From Balanoglossus misakiensis (Eukaryota; Animalia; Hemichordata): a stretch of DNA of 64,000 bases. Location: the NCBI GenBank assembly GCA_040954595.2, contig CM082588.2:4032156-4096155 (forward strand). The letters are read 5' to 3'. The position numbers and the translations under genes are program-made. Of this stretch, positions 25,475 to 37,200 are shown piece after piece. Under the pieces are notes generated by a model that was not told the DNA's origin, made no database searches, and worked only from the letters and a program-made list of their open reading frames with translations. How positions within the stretch are numbered: position 1 is the stretch's first letter; each line of letters starts with the position of its first letter.

Positions 25475-26531
25475 AAATTTAAGTTATTTTTGTTTAAGTA
25501 TAGAGTAAAGCTTGAAAAATTTCCAAGTTTTTTCCTAAAGCGAAAGTATAGAGTGATAGCTTGAAAAATGTCTAATTTTTTTTAATGTTAAAGTATAGAG
25601 TGATAGCCTGAAAAATTTCTAAGTGTTTTTTAATGTCTAAGTATAGAGTGATAGCCTGAAAAATTTCTAAGTGTTTTTTAATGTCAAAGTATAGAGTGAT
25701 AGCCTGAAAAATTTCTAAGTGTTTTTTAATGTCTAAGTATAGAGTGATAGCCTGAAAAATTTCTAAGTGTTTTTTAATGTCTAAGTATAGAGTGATAGCC
25801 TGAAAAATTTTTAATGTCTAAGTATAGAGTGATAGCCTGAAAAATTTCTAAGTGTTTTCAATAAGTATAGAGTGAAGCCTGAAAAATTTCTAAGTGTTTT
25901 TAATGTCAAAGTATATAGTAAAGCCTGAAAAATTTCTAAGTGTTTTTAATGTCAAAGTATATAGTGAAGCCTGAAAAATTTCTAAGTGTTTTTTAATGTC
26001 TAAGCATAGAGTGATAGCCTGAAAAATTTCTAAGTGTTTTTAATGTCAAAGTATATAGTAAAGCCTGAAAAATTTCTAAGTGTTTTTAATGTCAAAGTAT
26101 AGAGTGAAGCCTGAAAAATTTCTAAGTGTTTTTAATGTCAAAGTATAGAGTGAAGCCTGAAAAATTTCTAAGTGTTTTTAATGTTTAAGTATAGAGTGAT
26201 AGCCTGAAAAATTTCTAAGTGTTTTTAATAAGTATAGAGTGAAGCCTGAAAAATTTCTAAGTGTTTTTAATGTTTAAGTATAGAGTGAAGCCTGAAAAAT
26301 TTCTAAGTGTTTTTAATGTTTAAGTATAGAGTGAAGCCTGAAAAATTTTTAATGTCTAAGTATAGAGTGATAGCCTGAAAAATTTCTAAGTGTTTTTAAT
26401 GTTTAAGTATAGAGTGAAGCCTGAAAAATTTTTAATGTCTAAGTATAGAGTGATAGCCTGAAAAATTTCTAAGTGTTTTTAATAAGTATAGAGTAAAAGC
26501 CTGAAAAATTTCTAAGTGTTTTTTTTTTTTT
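25475..26531 (+). repeat. 46-48-bp satellite, array 3 (~23 units)
   Basis: Period of 48 checked (25639, 25687, 25735); some units are truncated. Confidence 0.95.
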
Positions 26532-26752
26532 TACAAAAAAGCAGACACCAAAGATTGAAATTTATTGTATTTTATTTCATTTTCATATTTCATATTTCAT
26601 ATTGAAATTTAACTCGTATTCACTTGTCGTTTCAGGATCTGTTGAATGGTTGATGACCAATCGAAAGAAGTGGAGTCCAGCCGGGATCTGAAAAGACAAG
26701 GCAAGTGTTAGAAAATGCAAGTTATGTAGGGGGCATACACAAGTTTCAAAAA
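26532..26752. repeat. ~235-bp module, copy 3
   Basis: Near-identical to copies 1 and 2, with a (tttcata)n replacement and a 3-nt deletion. Confidence 0.92.
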
Positions 26753-26803
26753 TTTTCTAAGTCAAAGAAAACTTAGAAAATTTTTGAAACTTGTATATGC
26801 CCC
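26730..26803. repeat. Inverted repeat with 33-bp arms (1 mismatch) and an 8-nt loop
   Basis: ggggcatacacaagtttcaaaaattttctaagt / acttagaaaatttttgaaacttgtatatgcccc. Confidence 0.9.
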
Positions 26804-26944
26804 AACGTGGAGGTATAGACAAATTTCAAATTTTTAGCGTTTCTGACTTAGTTTTTTTTTTTTGGCTTTTTGTATGCCATCCCGAGCCCCCACCCTAACC
26901 TCCCCATGAGTGTCTAGCAAAGACTAATAAATCTCTAGCACAAC

Positions 26945-27121
26945 TCTTACTTCGGTTGAGCTAAGGTAAAAAATTTTTTTACAAGTGCATTATGGGCATC
27001 ATAATCTATGCAAGATCTTTTCAGATGCAAAATATTTTTGCATTTGAAAAGATCTTGCATAGATTATGATATCCATAATGCACTTGTAAAAAAAAATTAA
27101 CTTAGATCAACCGAAGTAAGA
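26945..27121. repeat. ~177-bp near-perfect palindrome
   Basis: tcttacttcggttga...acaagtgcattatg...atctatgcaagatcttttca | tgaaaagatcttgcatagat...cataatgcacttgt...tcaaccgaagtaaga; centre near 27033. Confidence 0.9.
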
Positions 27122-28015
27122 CACACACACAATTACATTGCTTAGTTATCCTTCATATTAATTTTAATGTTAAGTTATTCTCCTAATCAAATTTTATTTT
27201 CGTCCTTAGGTGCAGGGAGGTTGTACACACCAATTAAGATTTAATGCAGTTTTGGAATCTATCAAGCATACAATATTTCTAAATTTTAAATCTGTGGATT
27301 ATACATGCACACATTCTAGACTGCCTATTTCTATTATTGTCATTTCATTAAATTTTGAATGTAGTTAAATAGGCAATGACTTATTAATTAAAATTACATT
27401 CGTAAGAGAGAGTGTATTTTAACTGAAGTTATTTCAAGCAAGACTGTTGGAAGTCCGAAATTACGGAACTGTGTTCTGTTCTAATCTGCTACTTCAATTG
27501 GATCTTTTCAAACTTTCCTTTTTAATCGATTTTTACCTGTCGTATTACCCTAATTTTTATACAAGTTTTTGTAAAGCTCATTATTACTGAATTTCATGAG
27601 TTTAGACATGGAATACCTGCTAATTGCCACTGTATTAAAGTTTCTAATTTATAATACATGTACAATATTCTGCTTGTTTAAAATGACCCGAGCACCAAAT
27701 TTTCAGTGTAAGAATCACAGCTACCTGACCTGAAAATTTATTCAATCTGTTTGCATATGCTGTGCAAAGGCACTGCAGTGTACAATCTATTTTATACTGT
27801 TTCCTTCTATGTATTCCCTACAACTCTACAATTACACATATTGGAGGTTTATAGTAATTATGCATGTGACCTACGACATCATTCAGGGATTAAAGAAGCT
27901 AGTTTATTAAAGATGTGAAAAGCTTAAATTATTACGGTAGTTTAAATTTATTTTTTATGCAAACAAAATTTATGAATGCTTTGATTTCAAACTCACCTCA
28001 TTTTATATGAATAAA

Positions 28016-28345
28016 GAAAATCTTTAAGATGACTAGTCTCAAATTTGAAATTCAAAATGGCCGCCAAATTTGTGTTAACTCTATGAGAAAATTTAAGTAG
28101 TGATATCAATAAAAAAAAGACAGTGAATACCCTGTTTTCTTTTTAATTTTATGTGACTTGCTAGCTCATATTATGTGAATAAAGAAAACTTGTAATATTC
28201 AAGAGTTGGCTGATGTCTCTCTCTGTGGTAATCATGAAAATCTTTAAGATGACTAGTCTCAAATTTGAAATTCAAAATGGCCGCCAAATTTGAGAAAAAT
28301 TACATAAATGAAAAAAGACAGTGAGAACCCTGTTCATTACTTTCT
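28016..28345. repeat. Direct duplication (period 220) of a degenerate repeat/MITE fragment containing caaaatggccgcc
   Basis: gaaaatctttaagatgactagtctcaaatttgaaattcaaaatggccgccaaatttg is identical at 28016 and 28236. Confidence 0.8.
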
Positions 28346-28505
28346 ACATTTATGGGACTTGCTTGAGTTATTTTCTAGAATTGTCAATCACTACAATTTG
28401 CAAATTAAATGCATATTGAATTCTATTTAGGAGTATAAATCTGAAGTTCTAGAGGTTTATATGTTTTACCACTATCAGTTTAGCAGAGTACAACTACATT
28501 ACACA

Positions 28506-28677
28506 TCTGGGGTAGGTCCAATATAAGACCACTGTTACTTCATTTAGCTATCCAGACAACCCTCGCAACAGCCACAGAGATCAGTACACCCGACCTCTGG
28601 GGATGGTCCAATATAAGACCATACACCAAGACTGTTACTTCATATGGTTATCCAGACAACCTCGCTACAGCCACAGA
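28506..28677. repeat. Diverged ~90-bp tandem duplication
   Basis: tctgggg..ggtccaatataagacca..actgttacttcat..tatccagacaacc..cagccacaga at 28506 and 28596. Confidence 0.8.
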
Positions 28678-29956
28678 TGGAGCTAAAAATTCCTGATACA
28701 AATCTATAAATATGTACATATAGGGAGTGATGCAAGGGGGCAAAGTGACCCTAACCCTACCTAACCTGTTAAAAATAAACAAACGAGACCATATTTGAAA
28801 ACAAACAAACAAGCAAGCAAGCAAACATTCTGTTTATTTTATTAATCAATAACAACACACACACACACTACCGACGAGGAGGACAAGCTCCATGTCCTTG
28901 GATGAACAAATCAACTGATAAACTGCAACGGACTAACCAGCACTAGCTACTCTTATGGCAAGACAATTATAGAATTTTGGGACAAGAAAAGTGTGAATTG
29001 ATGCTTGAAATAGAGGCACTTTTGTAATTCAGTACTTAATCATGTACTATTGCAATTCTAGAGTTTTTGATCAGACTGGTGAATTTGTACCAACAGAAGT
29101 GTAGGGATGTAAGGTAATGTTGGAGTCACAAAAATGTCCAATTACTTGAAAGGGCTTGTCCTGTGCAACGTTTTTGATGTTGCACTGAATAATATGGACA
29201 ACTGCCCCCAACGAACATTATAAAAATTTATCTGGCGAGTCAACATGAACGCGATTGTCTGCCATCAATGCATCTGACTGACTGAATCTTAAATGAAAGT
29301 AATGAGTGACGTACCTTCAACTGCTCCATTGAACTTGAAGACGGCACGGTCAGTTGGACTTGGTGAAGTGCTGTATAAACAAAAAGAAAAGGTTCATGAA
29401 GACAAATACACCAAAAATGACAAATGAAATTCTCACAACTTGCAGTGTTTCCTTTTGTTTTTTGTTGTTGTTGCGAACACTGTACGCATAAGCTATAGAC
29501 TAAAATTGTCGCGAACAGAGACCTCATAATAAAAACAAAAGGTATTGTTGAGGTAGGTCGCCGAGGGCATCCGTACATTTAACAACGCCCTCCATCGGTT
29601 GGATGTTGTAGTTGTCTCACTAGAACCCAAGTCCGTGTCAGCAACATCGATAACGCGTGCTGATGTGTTTTTTGTTGGCTTCAGCAGAGAATCAAGCGTC
29701 TTTCGACGACATATTTGTGTCCAAAAATATCAACAGAAAAGTGCCAAATACCACGCGAAAAAGCGACTAAAAATGATTGTGCAAACCCGTTGGAAGGAAA
29801 AAAAACGTGCGGGTTGAAAGTCGTTGAAACGATTGACAGCTAAAGTATCATGTTGTAGACGCGAGAAATATTTTGTCCGGGCCACGTGCGCCGTGAACAT
29901 CAACGATACATACGCGAACGGTGAGAATTTTGAGTGAAGTACGCAAGTTTCTTTAT

Positions 29957-30722
29957 GCTAACGGAAACACTACAAGTCACAAGTTTGATTTATGAATTTA
30001 GAGATATATAAAACGGGCACGTTTTGAACTTGATATTTTCCAGTGAAGCAAAGTTGAAGAAAGCGTGTGCGGCCATTGGCACAAAACGAACAACAACGAA
30101 CCCTCTCTTACGCGTTCGATTTTAATTTTGAATTCAGATAACACTTTCTCCAACGCGAACAAATTTTGAGCCCACAAGTAGAAATATGCGTGTAATACGC
30201 TAACGGAAACACTGCGATTCGCAAGTTGCATTTGTGAATTTAGAGATACGTGAACAGGCAAGTTGAAGAAAGCGTGTGCGGCCATTGGCACAAAACGAAC
30301 AACAACGAACCCTCTCTTACGCGTTCGATTTTAATTTTGAATTCAGATAACACTTTCTCCAACGCGAACAAATTTTGAGCCCACAAGTAGAAATATGCGT
30401 GTAATACGCTAACGGAAACACTGCGATTCGCAAGTTGCATTTGTGAATTTAGAGATACGTGAACAGGCAAGTTGAAGAAAGCGTGTGCGGCCATTGGCAC
30501 AAAACGAACAACAACGAACCCTCTCTTACGCGTTCGATTTTAATTTTGAATTCAGATAACACTTTCTCCTACGCGAACAAATTTTGAGCCCACAAGTAGA
30601 AATATGCGTGTAATACGCTAACGGAAACACTGCGACTCACAAGTTGCATTTGTGAATTTAGAGATACGTGAACAGGCAAGTTGAGCAAAGCGTGTGCGGC
30701 CATTGGCACAAAACGAACAACA
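29957..30722. repeat. 209-bp tandem repeat, ~3.6 copies
   Basis: gcgtgtgcggccattggcac at 30063, 30272, 30481 and 30690; the internal copies are almost identical. Confidence 0.95.
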
Positions 30723-33700
30723 AAGAACACAGTACTTCTTCCATGCTTGGGCAGCAGCCATACTTACGAAAATGTTTCTGAACAACTTTTCTGGACTTAC
30801 AGACATGGTTCTCTTCACAGAGAGGAAAAAGTCATGACTTACCTTAAATTACGACAGCTTCAGCGCACAGTACATCTAAGTGTGGAAAATGGGAAGGTCA
30901 AATTTAGTTTTTTTACTGGGAAAGTAAGAGCAAACGTGGACATCAGGAAACACGATGGACATCACTGGAACAACGTGGCTGCAACTGCCACCTCATTATT
31001 CATAATCTGGAAAGCACCTATTGATAAACAAATTTTGTTTTGGCAGACTGGCCATTCACAGACCGCTGAAAGGAAATACTGCAGATAATGATTTGCATAA
31101 ATTAATATTGAAAGCCAGCAGACAAGCTGTGTACATGCAGAAAGCAGCCAGTCAGAGACTTGTTATCATTCGAATAAGCCAATCGGGAAGCAGCAATTAA
31201 TTACTACCATAAAACAATCAGAATAGAAAATTATGGCAACTCTTACAATGAAACAAATTAATTTTACGGTAGTCTGGAAAAAGTGAGTACTTCAGTGATA
31301 ATAATTTAACGATATCCAACTTTCGAAAGCAAAGTGAGATGGCTGGCTATCTCGGTACTCCATGACGTACGCCCTCGACGCCAATAAGTGAAGAAATGTC
31401 AACTTCGTTTGAAAACAAGACTTGTGAGGGAGCCAACGTGAATAGCCTTCCACAATTTTGCCGTATCTGTCACAACGCTTTGTTCGGTACATGTACGACA
31501 ATCAATTACATAGTAAAACAGGGACGTTTTGTTTAATTCGAAAACAAGAGTTACATAACCCTAAATTCAGTTTCAACTATATGAAACTGGTTCGGAGATT
31601 GCGTCATCAGTTTGCGAAATCTCACAAGAATTGTCCGGAAGCTAGAACGACCTCTTGACATATACATGTATACATGTATAACCGTCCAAACTCTTGACTT
31701 CGTCAACCCAATCAACAGTTGTCGACTTAACCACATTTCCATGGTTACCAACACAGTAAGATGTGGAAATAGTGGGCCAATACTAAAATCTATATCGAGG
31801 ATTTTATAACACGCCATGTGTCCCAAATTAATATAACCTGGCTTGGTAGATGGAGGACTTTTTGTCAAGTACCCGAGAATTAAAATAATATGTATGTATA
31901 ATAGCCTGTTTTCATCCGGGTATCTATTATTGGAATTCGCGTCACGTCTGCATAGACGAGGCAAGGATGTGTCGTTTGTACTTGTACAGATAAAGACAAG
32001 AGATAGATCAGCAAGCAGTTGGCGATTAAGGGGTCTTAATAGGAGACCCTTCAAAGTCTCTGATGTTTGGTTTCGTAAACCCGTCACTCGTGATTGATCG
32101 CGATCACAATTCTCGAAAGACGTCACAAGTGGGATGACACCCATATGGTACTGTACTCGACAAGACGTTGCTAAGCAACGTATGTCACTTGCGAGTCCGG
32201 CTCTGATAAGTGTGATAAGTGACGCGAACGCACAACTGACGATAAAAAAAAACAATAGATGATGCATGATTCACGGTCAGGCCGCCAGATGCTAGCTCGC
32301 TTAGAGCATCAAAACCGAGTAAGGGAGACATTAGACTATCCCACCAGTCGCTTGGTGATCTTTTTTGTCTTTAATATCGATTCTCAATACTTTTCGTGTG
32401 TTTGCTTGCTTTGAGTGAGTTTCTGGTACTATCATGACTGAGCTGAGTTTCGGATTCGGGGCTGGGCTTGTGGTTTTGGTTACCGTCTACCAACGTGAAC
32501 CCATGACTTGCGCCTATACTCGCTGCGTTTACTGCGCACACCCTACAGAGACTCAGAACAAAATTCTCTGAAATGTATTTATTATATGAAATAACGAAGC
32601 CCATAGACCAGGGGCAAGTCTAGGGAGATATTGAATATCTTCAAATCGCTACTGTGGCCACTGAAAAGCGTATCTAGGCGATTATTCGCGTGTAAACGTC
32701 TCGAATGTACAGTCTAGCAGACAGATCACGCTTCAAATTGCCGCAGACCCTTATCATTGATCAGGAATCGCCATGGCGACGTGGTATCAATTGATGTAGA
32801 AATCTACCACGCAGTCGCGGCCCAGGTCTCTTAATAAAGCCATTTGTAGCACCTTCTTTCGTGTTCCTGTTGATTTATGTCTGCACAGTACACGTTTCCG
32901 CAAGACAAAGTACGTTCACCCAACTGCGAAGATTTCCAGCTCTTCCCTAGTAAATGTTCTAAGTAAACAAAAATATCCACGAGATGTTTTGGAAGAAACT
33001 GCTTTTTAAAAATAAGTCACAGGCGAGACCATGTGTACCTCCAATTGTTTATGTTCTTTGACAACATTTATAATACATATCTCACATGTTTAATGTACTA
33101 TATCTAATGCAAATGGTGGTTTATATGGAGAGCTTGGCGTGCTGTTTAAACCGTTTGGACGGACGGTAACTACTTATTGCATTTGCGGCTTCCAGGGTCC
33201 AACGTTGGAAACAATTTGATTACCGGGCGATAAAATTAAGTCTTTATGCCCTGTTTTAATAGCGTTGCTCTGGTACCATCAACACGGGGAGGCGTGCGTT
33301 TCGACCTTTTAACGCAGTCATACGAACCTGGACTGTCTGACAATATAAAGGATGAAGTATACGTGTGCATTTGAAGGTTTGGAGAAGGCGGTGCATTTGC
33401 TGCTTCTATTTGCCAGACGACGATAAATGAATCGGGATAGACTCAGCGCCTGGACATGATTCAACACTTCCTCCTTGCGTCATTACGTTCCCTCGTCGCC
33501 ACTCGACACTCAAGAATACTGTTTTTGCATTCATTTGAGCGAAGGGCACCTTCAAGCTAATACACGTTCCGAAAATACGATCGGTTGCAGAAAACGCAGT
33601 CCCATTACAAGTTGGTTCATTCATCCGTAGAAAACATATTTTTTTCCAACGCGGGAACGTGACTCTTAGAATATCAAAGCTACGCTCGCCGGCTGAGTGT

Positions 33701-34079
33701 ATGGGTGTATTTTTACGCCATATTAGCCGTTCGTGCTGCGAAGAAATCGGCAAGTCTGCACGACAGTAAGTTGACCCAAAAATAGTCGCAGGCGGGCGGA
33801 CACAGAATAACATCCGTATACAAGGAAGTACTGTCTGTTTGCGACGACAACTACTCTAGCCTTGAAAAAATAAACCGCATTACTGTCAGGAATGTTATGA
33901 TGTCACGATATTTTTTGCAGTCATGGCATCGTGCGGAACTCTTCCTGCGTTTTAATGGAATCTGTGTTGGACTGGTCAATTTAATAATCAATAAAACAGT
34001 AAAATCCTTATTCCTGTCTCATGGTGAATTTCAGATCTTTATTGCCATTGCCTGACCAGCTTTATACAATAAACCATTT

Positions 34080-34290
34080 TCCGCTCTCCACGAGAATCTC
34101 CGCGATCTCGCGTGACTAGGCAGTTTACATTAGAGGGCATTCTCACAAGACACGGGACAAAAAAACACAAATTACATTTTTCTTGATCCTGCGCCTATTC
34201 TAGTTTCATAAAAGTCTTGACTTGCATTACCTGGTGTCGAACCGTTGCTATGGTAATTGATCAAATCTCTCGAGAACTCAAAATGGACGG
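34080..34290 (+). mobile_element. Short interspersed repeat (MITE-like), copy 1 of 3
   Basis: Shares ccacgaga..gatctcgcgtg.ctaggcagtttacat..cctattcta..ttgacttgca.ttacct..accgttgcta.ggtaatt..tctcg with 40689-40766 and 44712-44892. Confidence 0.7.
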
Positions 34291-37200
34291 AAAATTATCT
34301 ATTGGTTCAACCCCTGAATGTCAACCAAAGATGGAGACCGAACTATGTGTATAAAAGTTACAGACGGGTTTATGATTAAATAAAAGATTATGTCCCAATT
34401 TAATTGGGAAAAAAAATTATGTTTAATCAAAGGTACAGAGGTCGGATTTATTTCTGGTGGAGAGTTCAATGGAATGACTTGTAATCGCTGTGAATCATTT
34501 TCTGATGTCTGGAACACTCGCGCATATCACAGAATTCTATCATGGCGGACGATATGAAAATAGTGATACTCGCGATTGAAGCAGAAAGCCATTTGCCCGT
34601 GACCGCGTGTGCAAGCAACCTCGACACCGGGCTTATAGGTCACATGAAAATAATACGAATATCAAAGGTTACAGCAAGTCAGGGTTATTGGATTTGCTCC
34701 ATCAATTGTGGCAATAACCGCGCTATTACTTTGTGAGAGACAGTTTGACAGAACATAAATGTACATAGTTACCTGTACATTAAACTGCAGCAGATTATAT
34801 GCATCAGCTGTTGTATTTTGTATGTTGAAGTACATATAAGAGAGTTAGATCCATTCACTTCTCCCCGGGCCCGACATGTTGTCAAGGTTGACCTCATAAA
34901 ATCATACGAGGATACACCCAACGGGGATAATCTTCCAACTTGGAGCAAGTTCAATGTGTGCTGAATGACGGCATGACGTCAAAACAAATCGAACAAACTT
35001 AACCTAATCATACACGGCAATAAAGTCAACCAGACCCTTGGGAAGGAAATACATCAAGGCTTTACCACTGCATGTATGTACGATTCATTCTTTTTACTAT
35101 AAAGTGGTTGGCGAGGCTGGTTCCAGAACGTCATTGAAGTAGAAATAACAGACACGGAAAGGCACCAATAATTGTCCCCTTTTTGCTTTAACGTTTCGCT
35201 ACCCATTCCACTTCCGGTTGAAATGACTGCGTAGAAAGGCAGAGTACGTGTTTAATAGAGTCGGCACGATTGATGTCTTAATGGCTACGTACAACGCGGG
35301 ACTTACATAACGCCATCTTTTCTCCTGAAATTCAAAAGATATTATATTTCTTGTTCTCGGTGACGCCACTTGTCGTCAGAATCGTGCGCAGTGAGCTGCA
35401 TGCTTCACATACGCCGCGCTCTCTTTTCATTTTCTCGGCGATCATTATAGATCTGATATATGCTTGAATTGGAATCATAACCATTGCTTGTTTTGCGGCA
35501 TGATGTAAGAGTTGTTTTGACATTTTCAGCAAATTCTGTGTTTGTTCAGCTTTCAGCATGTATATAAAATATCGTCAAATCATATTCATGCCGTAATAAA
35601 TGAGCGTTGAAATCTTACAATATGGCGTTTCGGTTGCCTTTGATGTACATTGTAGTTGAAACAGTTCGTGTCGCGGTTCTGGTTTACATTTAGTGATGCG
35701 GCTTGGACATGAATCGTTCAATATATTATGAATTGGATAAGTTGTATTAATAATTATTGGTGATGTTACTGTCTGATCCCCGTTTCCTCATTTTCTTTCA
35801 CCATGATTTTAATACTCAAAGTTTCTTTTCAGATGTTTCCTAAATCTCTATAACACATTTGAGCAGGTAAGGATTGAGCGCTAGGCGATGCCTGTATGTT
35901 TTGTATTTATAAAAGTAGATTGCAAGCTTGATTTCTGTGTATATACTACAGGTTGCCTAGCTCTATTGCTTTAATTTGTGTAAGGTATACGAGCAGACCC
36001 TTCTAGTCCGACAGACTGCGGATGTTGTTGGGTGGGGCCAAACAGACAAGCCTGTTAGTGTCGCACGTGCATTGACGTATGGGTTATATGGCCTTTGGTA
36101 TTTGCGAATCACGGCGGTGATCAGGGATAATGCATATATGTCACGAAAGGCCCTGAACTGTTCTCGATGATGAAGAAGAGAAGAGAAAAAACATGGACAC
36201 GTGGGGTGATTATGGCGGATTATTGTTTTGGGTCACTCTGCAATTAGTGGGCTTATGGCTTTTGTGCTTTTTTATCTACTCGTCACGTGACTGAATCAGA
36301 AAGAAACGTGATGGCAAGGTTAGAAAAGAGACCGCCTTTTTAGTTTCTACATACGGTGGTACATGTACTCTGTATACCAAGTGCCGATTAAAAGCAGCCA
36401 TACTATAAAACCGTTTTCGTCTAAGGGTATCTGTGAGGCGGAAACTTCTACGCTTCTATCGATACTGAGCACTGGACAACCACAGTCTACGTAACACGCG
36501 AGGTGAGAAGCGCTCACTTCTGATCAACTCTTCAATTCAAGCCAGCGAGGAAGTTGCGAGAATTGCCGTCTGAACGATGTCAGCAGGTAAGGAAGACACT
36601 CAGCGAAATTTTCCTCAGGCATTTTCCAATAGTGTGGTACTTTGCGGGTTTCTGGTGTCAACGCTTTCTCATAGTCTATGATCACGTCTTCGTCAGCTAT
36701 CTACCGACTTTTGACGTGATCATTTCACTGCCGTAATGACCTTGACAATTCTCGGTGAATTTCCGTCTGTTAATTGCTTTTAAAGCAGTTCCGCTACGTT
36801 TCTTTTTACGACTGATTTCAGCACCCGCAGTTCCAGAAACAATATTTTGCCACCAATTTGCAGATTTATAAGCAGAGACTACAGATAAGAATGGCTCGAA
36901 TTGGCCACACTAAAAGCAGTTTTAATAGACTATTAAGTGTCGCGTGCCGCGATAGTCAAAACAAGAACGCTCTCCGTGACTAAAAACCATATCTGCGTGG
37001 TGTGGTGGTTGTTTCTCACACCAAAAGTGCAGATGCAAGCTTATTGTCAGAATCCTCTAAGAGGGATCATGCTTACAGTTTTAGGGAACCCCCGTGGTTT
37101 AAGCTGATCTGCATTACCTATTCTTATTTCGCTGTTGTTCCTAACAGTGAATCCGCTCTATAAATAAGCCCTTTCGCTCACAACATCTACCGACTGACAA

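Noticed and set aside
28749-28766. ccctaaccctacctaacc telomere-like sequence
   Set aside because: Only 2-3 imperfect units; not evidence of an interstitial telomere.
29998-30500. Two identical-start ORFs (MPMAAHAFF...)
   Set aside because: By-products of the 209-bp tandem repeat, whose period is not a multiple of 3.
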